This document shows, one piece after another, positions 57,632 through 64,000 of a DNA stretch of 64,000 nt. The DNA comes from Chloroflexota bacterium (lineage in GTDB: Bacteria > Chloroflexota > Anaerolineae > B4-G1 > SLSP01). Numbering within the stretch: position 1 is the stretch's first letter; each line of letters starts with the position of its first letter. The stretch covers positions 1,639-65,638 of the forward strand of contig JAYELZ010000256.1 of assembly GCA_034717835.1 (NCBI GenBank), given 5' to 3'. A program made the translations under genes and the position numbers. Below the pieces are notes generated by a model. It was given only the letters and a program-made list of their open reading frames with translations. It made no database searches and was not told the origin of the DNA.

Positions 57632-58579
57632 ATGATCACACGGACTAAACGGGCCTTAGTGCTTTCTGGTGGCGGTGGACGGGGTGCTTATCAGGTAGGA
57701 GTATTGACCTGTCTGGACGCGCTCAACTGGGAGCCGGATATTATCATCGGCACTTCCATCGGAGCGGTAAACGCGGCCACGCTAGGCTCTAGGCTACCGC
57801 TCCCCGCGCTGCGCAATCGCTGGCTCGATTTGGAAACCGGGGATGTCCAGAAGATGCGCGCCGATGATGTCTTTATTGATAATTTGGTGCGGGGCGGCCA
57901 GCATGTTTTCGATACCAGCCCCTTGCCAGAAACGCTCGGTGGGCGGAGTAAAAAATGGTTGGGCCGTCCTTGGCTCATCCCGGAAATTCTCAACAACCCA
58001 GAAAATGAGTTGGAGATCTGGATCACGGCGGTGGAGGCGTCCGAACGCCGCCTTGTCTATTTTAATAATCGCGCAGACGGCATCACGGCTAAAAAAGTGC
58101 AGGCCAGTTGCAGTATCCCGCTCTGGTACGAAGCGACTAAGATCGCAGGTAAAACGTATCTGGACGGGGGCACTATCGCCAACAGCCCTTTTCGCAAAGC
58201 GGTGGAGCTGGGAGCCACTGAGATCATCGTAGTTATGATGACGCCCTGGCCGGGCAATCCCATCCGCAGTTGGGAAGTGGAGCGTCTCCCCTCGCTTAAC
58301 GATGAGCTGCTGGCCATCCCCCAACGGTTGTGGGCAGCCTTCGAGCCGGCATTGGATATGCTCCTGACGGAGATCGCCTGGCATGATTACCGGCTCTTGG
58401 AGAAGGAGCGGCAAGATGGCAACTACCGCGACCTCAAATGGATCCGTTTTGTGGCCCCAGATACGCCATTACCGGTTGGTTTGATGACCATTTATGAGCG
58501 CAAAAACCATATCCGTCTCTTCTGCCGTGGGGAAAATGATGCTGAAGAGTCGCTGGGTGCTCTACTGAGCGAACGGTAG
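57632..58579 (+). CDS. Patatin-like phospholipase
   Basis: LSGGGGRGAYQVGVL and GTSIGAVNA (GxSxG) motifs. Confidence 0.8.
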   Translation: MITRTKRALVLSGGGGRGAYQVGVLTCLDALNWEPDIIIGTSIGAVNAATLGSRLPLPALRNRWLDLETGDVQKMRADDVFIDNLVRGGQHVFDTSPLPETLGGRSKKWLGRPWLIPEILNNPENELEIWITAVEASERRLVYFNNRADGITAKKVQASCSIPLWYEATKIAGKTYLDGGTIANSPFRKAVELGATEIIVVMMTPWPGNPIRSWEVERLPSLNDELLAIPQRLWAAFEPALDMLLTEIAWHDYRLLEKERQDGNYRDLKWIRFVAPDTPLPVGLMTIYERKNHIRLFCRGENDAEESLGALLSER

Positions 58580-58622
58580 GGGCATCTTATCTCAGAGGAC
58601 GCCGAGATTTATGAGGATGGGA

Positions 58623-58669
58623 ACTCGGGTCGGTCTTCCGGCCGTGCCCGAGTAGTGTAAGCAATTTTT
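58623..58669 (+). terminator. Hairpin downstream of the patatin gene (ACTCGGG...CCCGAGT) with a distal T-run
   Basis: 7-bp stem with a T-run 12 nt away. Weak terminator. Confidence 0.3.
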
Positions 58670-58746
58670 GGGGGGTGGCGCGGTCAGGAGACCGGCCACA
58701 GCTAAGAGTGCGTCCCCCTGTAAAGGTGTCCCGGCTACAGCTGCCG

Positions 58747-59337
58747 TTAAAATATCGCCTGGATAAGGCCCGCCAAGAGCATCTGTGCTACGGATAGCAA
58801 GAGCACCGCTACGATGGGTGAGAAGTCCAACCCCGCGAAATTTGGCAGGCGGCGGCGGATAGGGCGCAAGAGTGGTTCGGTGACGTTCCATAGGAAGCGC
58901 ATGACGGGTTGCGTGTAAGGCACTCGCACCCATGCTAGCAAAATCCGCGCCAACAGAGCGAAATTATAGAGTTGGACTAGCAAACCTAGGACGCCCACCA
59001 GCCACCGGCCCCAATCCGCGCCCGGCTGCAAAATCCAGAGCGGTGGCACGGCTATCCAGTAGAGCAGGCGCGATACCAGACTCTGCACCAACGTGAGGAG
59101 AAAGAGCGTCACCAGCGAGGCCATATCGATGTAGCCGCCTCGTATCCAGATAATGCTTGAGGCGCCCATAAAACGGCGCACGGGGCGTACCAGAGGATCG
59201 GTAATCAGCACTAAAAAATGCATTACCGGATGTCCATGTTGTATTTTGAACCAAGGCAACAAGACCCGCAGCATCAGAGCAATTTCCCAAAGACCAATTA
59301 ACAAAATTAGTGTGCGATTTATCGTGTTTATCATCAT
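58747..59337 (-). CDS. yggT: YggT-family (Ycf19/DUF565) membrane protein carrying two YggT repeats
   Basis: Two repeats: LLPWF...HP...TDPLVRPVRR and LLAWVRVPYTQP...TEPLLRPIRRRLP. The start is probably the ATGATG at 59337, immediately after an extended -10 (TGGTATAAT), which suggests a leaderless mRNA. The ORF track's 59484 start adds 49 non-conserved residues. Confidence 0.6.
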   Translation of the reverse strand: MMINTINRTLILLIGLWEIALMLRVLLPWFKIQHGHPVMHFLVLITDPLVRPVRRFMGASSIIWIRGGYIDMASLVTLFLLTLVQSLVSRLLYWIAVPPLWILQPGADWGRWLVGVLGLLVQLYNFALLARILLAWVRVPYTQPVMRFLWNVTEPLLRPIRRRLPNFAGLDFSPIVAVLLLSVAQMLLAGLIQAIF

Positions 59338-59484
59338 GGGGGCATTATACCACGCGGAGGAGATTGTAGCGGTGTTGTCATTTCGCGTGGATGAAAAAAA
59401 TTGAAGAGGCGCAAGATTAGTTAAGCCGGGTTCATGCGGTGTTAGCATACTGCTCCGGTTAAAGAATAGCAATGATCTCCGCAA

Positions 59485-60003
59485 TTATGGGTTCTCTACA
59501 ACTTGTTCAAAAACCATAACGCGCCCTTTATCGAGATCGCCGACGTAGAACCACAGAGAGTATGGCGGTTGCTCTCCGCTGATGTCTTTGTGTGTGCCAA
59601 AACCACTGGAGAGATCCGGTCTTGAATTGAAACTCACCGAGTCGAATTTCAAGTATATCTGCCACCACCAGTTATGTTCACTGATAGTCCATTTGCCTTT
59701 GCCAGCATCTACTTCTCCACCGGGTTCCCCGTAGTCTGTCAACCACCAATCAGGCATGTCTTGCATCTCAAAAGTGCCATCCGCAAACAGCGAAACTGAA
59801 GTGTTCTGCAAATCATAGTTGCCAGTTTCTGCGATCAGAGTTAGCGTTTCTTCGGTAGGCAGGTAATCCCCCACCATTTTTTGAGGGTCTGGTTCTATCT
59901 TTGTGAAAAGATCTTGGTCAAAATCATACGCGCCAAACCCACACATTAGGCTAGCTGTTGCCATCAATGTACTTAAGAATAGTAGCCATTTCTTCTTGAG
60001 CAA
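59485..60003 (-). CDS. Probable lipoprotein or secreted hypothetical protein
   Basis: Signal peptide MLKKKWLLFLSTLMATASLMCG (Cys after the h-region). Trp-rich mature part. Confidence 0.5.
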   Translation of the reverse strand: MLKKKWLLFLSTLMATASLMCGFGAYDFDQDLFTKIEPDPQKMVGDYLPTEETLTLIAETGNYDLQNTSVSLFADGTFEMQDMPDWWLTDYGEPGGEVDAGKGKWTISEHNWWWQIYLKFDSVSFNSRPDLSSGFGTHKDISGEQPPYSLWFYVGDLDKGRVMVFEQVVENP

Positions 60004-60262
60004 GACGGACCTCTCTCTCTAATGTTTGGCAAATGCCATGGCGTGCTAATGGACTGGGTTTCACCGGTGCTGTGACCGCGGGGAAGTTGCCTTCGCGAGA
60101 AGACTCCCTGAAAGCGCGTGTGGCCTTCAATCCGCGCAACTTCAGTCGCCAGGCCAACGAGAAAGCGAATAAGCGGGGGTTAGCCCCATTCGCGGGGCTT
60201 CATCTCGTAGTCTTGGTCGTTTACGGCCAGGCATTGGCTTGCTAGACCAAAACTTGACGGAG

Positions 60263-60291
60263 CTCCTTTCCTCGCGTAAAATAGACATAGA
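60263..60291 (+). promoter_or_regulatory. Sigma70-type promoter for the phd-vapC operon (TTGACG, 17 nt, TAAAAT)
   Basis: TTGACG at 60263-60268 and TAAAAT at 60286-60291. Confidence 0.45.
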
Positions 60292-60324
60292 TGATACAAG
60301 ATTTAACACTAAAGGATGTGTAAA

Positions 60325-60639
60325 ATGAGTATCAGGATTATGCCTATCAGTGATTTGCGCCGTCAGGCGAGTCACGTTTTAGCCATGCTGGAGCAAGAAG
60401 GAGATGCCATCTACATCACCCACTACGGGCGTCCTGTCGCGGTGCTGTCCGATTACGAGCATTACGAACGTTTGCTCGCACGGCTGGTGGAGCTAACCGC
60501 GCAACTACAAAAAAGCGTGACCACTTCTGAACCCACCGCTGATCACACGGCCCAACTAGCCGGTTTGCACCGCGAGATTTGGGACGGGCTGGATACCGAC
60601 GCTTATCTGCAGGCAGAGCGTGACGCATGGGAAAACTGA
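60325..60639 (+). CDS. Phd/YefM-family antitoxin
   Basis: ISDLRRQASHVLAMLEQEGDAIYITHYGRPVAVL matches the Phd/YefM fold. Overlaps the downstream PIN gene by 13 nt. Confidence 0.75.
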   Translation: MSIRIMPISDLRRQASHVLAMLEQEGDAIYITHYGRPVAVLSDYEHYERLLARLVELTAQLQKSVTTSEPTADHTAQLAGLHREIWDGLDTDAYLQAERDAWEN

Positions 60640-61079
60640 CCGCCCTGCTCAGTGGACATCAACGCATTGCTCTGGACACTGCCATTTTCATCTATCACCT
60701 GGAGTATCATCCCCGTTACTTGTCGCTGACCCAGGAATTGCTAGCCGGCGTTGAGGCCGGGATTTGGCCTGCCGTGACCTCCACCGTAACGCTGCTGGAG
60801 TTGACGGTCCGCCCCTGGCAACTAGAGCGTCCTGACGTAGCCCGCGCCTACGAAGAAGCCCTAGTCCACTTCCCGCACTTGACGCTGGTGGACGTGACGC
60901 CCGGCGTCGCCCAACAAGCTGCCCAGCTGCGTGCGCAGTATAATTTGCGTCCCGCCGACGCACTGCACGCGGCGACGGCTTTAACCCGCGACGCGACGGC
61001 CTTCGTGACCAATGACCGGGACTTTGCGCGGCTCTCAGCATTGTTGAACGTCATCATTTTGAGCGATTGCTTCTTGTGA
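60627..61079 (+). CDS. vapC: PIN-domain toxin (VapC-like)
   Basis: ALDTAIFIY (first catalytic D), ...TLLEL..., and a C-terminal TNDRDFARL (distal D). Confidence 0.75.
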   Translation: MGKLTALLSGHQRIALDTAIFIYHLEYHPRYLSLTQELLAGVEAGIWPAVTSTVTLLELTVRPWQLERPDVARAYEEALVHFPHLTLVDVTPGVAQQAAQLRAQYNLRPADALHAATALTRDATAFVTNDRDFARLSALLNVIILSDCFL

Positions 61080-61478
61080 TACGCTCCTATTTATTTGTGC
61101 CGCTATAGATATCGTCTAACTATTTATTCTATTGCGATCCGGCTGCATAAAACCCCGAAAATTATTGTCATCTGGTATCTCTTCTTCATATTCCTCCTCG
61201 TGGTGTTCTAGGTGATAATTCTTTCGCATAAAGCGACTAGCCAAGACAAACGGGGTAGTTAGGATGGAGCGAACTTACAAAGTCAGCACATATCGCTCAA
61301 GCTAACCCCTAACCTGGACCAGCCAGAACCAAAAGAGAAACGCACCACAGAGAACGCTGAGAACGCCGAGAAAAACAAGGCAGAAAATCTCTGCGCTCTC
61401 TGTGTCCTCCGTGGTAAAATGCTTGTTTTTTGTGCCAGGATTTGATGGTTAAGGGCCTAGCTAGAATGCAGTTTTACT

Positions 61479-62213
61479 TCACCAATCCTTGCCGCGCTCC
61501 CCAAAGATCGCCCGCCCGACGCGAACCAACGTCGCGCCTTCCTCCACCGCTACCTCGAAGTCATCCGTCATCCCCATCGAAAGTTCGCCCCAGGCCACGG
61601 CGGGGAACCGTTCCCGCAGCAATGCCCGCAGCCGGCGCAGGGATACAAAGATTGGACGCGCCAGCTCGGGATCCTGTCCCCAGGGGGCCATGGTCATCAA
61701 CCCCTTGACGCGCAGCGCGGGACGCGCCAGTATCTGCTCCACTTGCTGGCTAAATTTCTCGCGCACCTGCTCGGAACGCTCCCAGTCGGAGAGTTGGAAG
61801 CCGTATTTGCTCTCCTCTCCGGAGACGTTGCACTCTAGCAGCACCGGGATTTCACGTCCCGCCTGCGCTGCCTTGTTACTTAGCCGCCGCGCGATCTTCT
61901 GGCGGTCTAGGGAATGCACCCAATCGTAATGCGCTACTACGTATTTGTCCTTCCGGCTCTGGATGTGTCCAATCATGTGCCAAGTGGGTTGTTGCTCTCC
62001 CAACGCCTCGTTTACTCGCGCTATTTTAGCCAACGCTTGTTGCGGACGGTTTTCCCCAAAATCACGTTGCCCACATTCCCATGCGGCTAGCACATCCTCC
62101 GCCGGGAATGTCTTGCTCACGGCGATCAGGCGCACCTCATCCGGTCGCCGCCCGGCACGCAACGCCGCCTCGGCCATGCGCTCGCGCACCCTCTCCAAAT
62201 TCTGACAAATCAT
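61479..62213 (-). CDS. yggS: YggS-family PLP-binding protein (PLP homeostasis protein)
   Basis: [14 protein letters not shown] (the PLP lysine) and an alanine-racemase N-terminal-like TIM barrel. The start is at MICQNLERV (62213) or 18 nt upstream. Confidence 0.75.
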   Translation of the reverse strand: MICQNLERVRERMAEAALRAGRRPDEVRLIAVSKTFPAEDVLAAWECGQRDFGENRPQQALAKIARVNEALGEQQPTWHMIGHIQSRKDKYVVAHYDWVHSLDRQKIARRLSNKAAQAGREIPVLLECNVSGEESKYGFQLSDWERSEQVREKFSQQVEQILARPALRVKGLMTMAPWGQDPELARPIFVSLRRLRALLRERFPAVAWGELSMGMTDDFEVAVEEGATLVRVGRAIFGERGKDW

Positions 62214-62355
62214 GTCTCTCCTCTTCACCATACCTCCTTTGAAAATAGTCGGGTAGTCTTTGGTCTTGTAGTCAAATAGTGATTTTCGTGCCTGGTTGGT
62301 GTGCTTCCCTCATGGAGACTCTTAAGAAGGAATGTGAATTAAGAATAGCACGAGT

Positions 62356-62468
62356 GAGCGAGAAAGCGAGAAAGCGACTAACAACTACCCGACTATTGGA
62401 CTACCCGACTATTGGACTACCCGACTACGGACTACTGGACTAACGACTACTCGACTAACGACTAACCG
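62356..62468. repeat. GCGAGAAA x3, then a GACTA-periodic array (gactacccgactattg x3-like, gactaacgacta), upstream of the M20 gene (copy C). An inverse copy AGTCGGGTAGTC lies at 62247-62258
   Basis: gagcgagaaagcgagaaagCGACTAacaaCTAcccGACTAttgGACTAcccGACTAttgGACTAcccGACTAcgGACTActgGACTAacGACTActcGACTAacGACTAaccg. Confidence 0.7.
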
Positions 62469-62490
62469 CACGTTGTTTCTCAAACTGCCT

Positions 62491-62501
62491 ATGCTACAAT
62501 A
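62491..62501 (+). promoter_or_regulatory. Extended -10 (TGcTACAAT) ~40 nt upstream of the M20 amidohydrolase start
   Basis: ctaTGcTACAATagag, immediately downstream of the repeat array. Confidence 0.35.
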
Positions 62502-62539
62502 GAGCTCTATGAAAAATACACTAGACAAGGGAGAAAATT

Positions 62540-63709
62540 ATGAACAGTCTAGAACAAGCACAGGAGCTTTACGAGCAGTTAGTGGTTTGGCGGCGCGATT
62601 TTCACCGCCATCCGGAGCTGGGGTTGCAGGAAAAGCGCACGGCGCGGATAGTGGCTGCGCAGTTGCGGGAGTTGGGCTATCAGGTGCAGACCGGCGTCGC
62701 GCGGACCGGCGTGGTGGGCGTGCTGGAGAACGGCGCCGGCCCGGTGATCATGGCGCGCGTGGATATGGACGCGCTCCCCGTCCAGGAGCTGACCGAGGCG
62801 CCCTACGCCTCTGAGTCGCCGGGCGTAATGCATGCCTGTGGACATGATGCGCATCTGGCGATTGGGTTGGGCGTTGCCACGCTGATGGTCCAACATCTGG
62901 ATGCCTGGAGTGGCACGTTCAAGTTGGTCTTCCAGCCGGGCGAGGAGGGGATGAACGGCGCAGCGATTATGGTAGACGAGGGCGTGCTGGAAAATCCCCG
63001 CCCGGAGCGAGTGTTGGTGCTGCATGTCTGGAACGACCAGGAAGTGGGCACCGTCAGCGCGACGCCGGGCCCTGTGATGGCTTCCGCCGAGACCTGGGAG
63101 GCGCACATCCTCGGCAAGGGTGGTCACGCCGCCATGCCAGCGCAGACGGTTGATCCGGTGGTGACGGGCGCGTTGATTGTCAACGCTTTGCAGACCATCG
63201 TCAGCCGTAACGTGGACCCGCTGGAAACGACCGTGGTCACGGTGGGCCAGTTGGAGTCGGGCGACACCTTCAACGTTATCCCTGAACGGGCCGTGTTGAA
63301 AGGGACCGTGCGCACTTATGAGCCGGAGGTGCGCGCCACCGTGCTCCGCCGTTTGCAGGAGATCATCGAGGGCACGGCCGCCATGATGGGCGCGACGGCA
63401 GAAATCGAGCTGCACACGCTCACGCCGGCGGTCTGCAATGACGCGGCGGTCACAGCGGAAGTGCAGGCCGCCATCCGTGACCTGTTGGGTGCTGAGAACC
63501 TTAAAATCGGCGTGCGGACTATGGGTAGCGAGGATGCGTCCTTCTACTTGCGAGAGATTCCCGGCTGTTACTTCTTTGTCGGTTCCATGCCGGTGGATGG
63601 CAAGCCGATCCCGCACCACAACCCCTACTTTGATATCGATGAGCAGGTGCTGCCCATCGGGGTGGGCGTGATGGTGACTGCTTTGCAACGTCTCTTCGCC
63701 CAGGGATAA
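62540..63709 (+). CDS. M20-family amidohydrolase (N-acyl-amino-acid amidohydrolase / hippuricase-like)
   Basis: MHACGHDAHLA metal-binding motif. 389 aa. Confidence 0.8.
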   Translation: MNSLEQAQELYEQLVVWRRDFHRHPELGLQEKRTARIVAAQLRELGYQVQTGVARTGVVGVLENGAGPVIMARVDMDALPVQELTEAPYASESPGVMHACGHDAHLAIGLGVATLMVQHLDAWSGTFKLVFQPGEEGMNGAAIMVDEGVLENPRPERVLVLHVWNDQEVGTVSATPGPVMASAETWEAHILGKGGHAAMPAQTVDPVVTGALIVNALQTIVSRNVDPLETTVVTVGQLESGDTFNVIPERAVLKGTVRTYEPEVRATVLRRLQEIIEGTAAMMGATAEIELHTLTPAVCNDAAVTAEVQAAIRDLLGAENLKIGVRTMGSEDASFYLREIPGCYFFVGSMPVDGKPIPHHNPYFDIDEQVLPIGVGVMVTALQRLFAQG

Positions 63710-63714
63710 TTCTA

Positions 63715-64000
63715 ATGCCGCGTCAAGGGCCGTTGGAATGGATAGACGGGAACGGGTGGTTGGTGCTCTCCGGCAGTGATACGCACCGCGCGGGTCTGAC
63801 GGGGGAGGTGGATGCCCGCCTCCTGACGGTAGCCAACTTGGATCGGCCCCTGGTGGTATTGCTCTCCGAGGGGGAGCGGGCGGCAGCAGAGGCGGTGGTG
63901 CAACATTTCGCAGCTCTGGGCGGGCCGGCCGGAGCCGGGTTTATCTTGGCGGACTTAACCGCGCGTGATTTGCAGCGGGGCGAGTTGCCGGAGTTGCTAG
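63715..64000 (+). CDS. Hypothetical protein, N-terminal part (runs off the window)
   Basis: The ATG at 63715 lies 6 nt after the M20 stop, and the frame is open to the window end (MPRQGPLEWIDGNGWLVLSGSD...). Not in the ORF track because no stop is present. Confidence 0.4.
   Translation, partial: MPRQGPLEWIDGNGWLVLSGSDTHRAGLTGEVDARLLTVANLDRPLVVLLSEGERAAAEAVVQHFAALGGPAGAGFILADLTARDLQRGELPELL

Noticed and set aside
58592-58933. 113-aa - strand ORF overlapping the yggT 3' end
   Set aside because: It shares the strand but a different frame with the conserved YggT C-terminus, and is a Pro/Gly-rich artefact.
60033-60245. 70-aa + strand ORF in the 312-nt lipoprotein/phd divergent region
   Set aside because: No RBS, and it would run through the phd promoter. 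The region is better explained as divergent promoters plus a GC hairpin (60165-60200).
61430-61708. 92-aa + strand ORF (Pro/Arg-rich) overlapping yggS antisense
   Set aside because: It overlaps a well-supported - strand gene in antisense and is low-complexity and Arg/Pro-rich, as expected from GC-rich antisense. No RBS.
1-64000. tRNA, rRNA or tmRNA genes
   Set aside because: I scanned the intergenic regions for T-loop signatures (GGTTCGAATCC-type and their reverse complements) and acceptor/CCA contexts and found no convincing candidate. No rRNA-like conserved blocks were seen either.

Overview
The window reads like a bacterial chromosome with roughly 55% GC and frequent GTG/TTG start codons. 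Its first 25.5 kb are a contiguous + strand block of translation and transcription genes. After the block's tandem terminators lies an accessory-looking region whose genes are listed under features.

The block runs plsC, rpoB, rpsL-rpsG-fusA-tuf, the S10/spc/alpha ribosomal-protein operons with secY and rpmJ, rpoA, rplQ, truA, rplM and rpsI. rpoB is followed directly by rpsL, so rpoC is not in the window. adk, map and infA are absent between secY and rpmJ.

Non-coding signals worth attention:
- GACTA-periodic tandem repeat arrays sit immediately upstream of three unrelated + strand genes.
- A related pair of hairpin elements flanks aspS in inverted orientation.
- A C9/G8 homopolymer hairpin lies between rpsJ and rplC.
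- A 391-nt leader with an interleaved (pseudoknot-like) inverted repeat precedes a 70-aa ORF.
- A long palindromic operator overlaps a TATAAT box upstream of the glycoside hydrolase.

I found no CRISPR array, rRNA, tRNA or clear mobile element. The most system-like candidates are the rseP-HEAT-metallopeptidase cluster and the receiver/ATPase-like protein paired with a GAF kinase.
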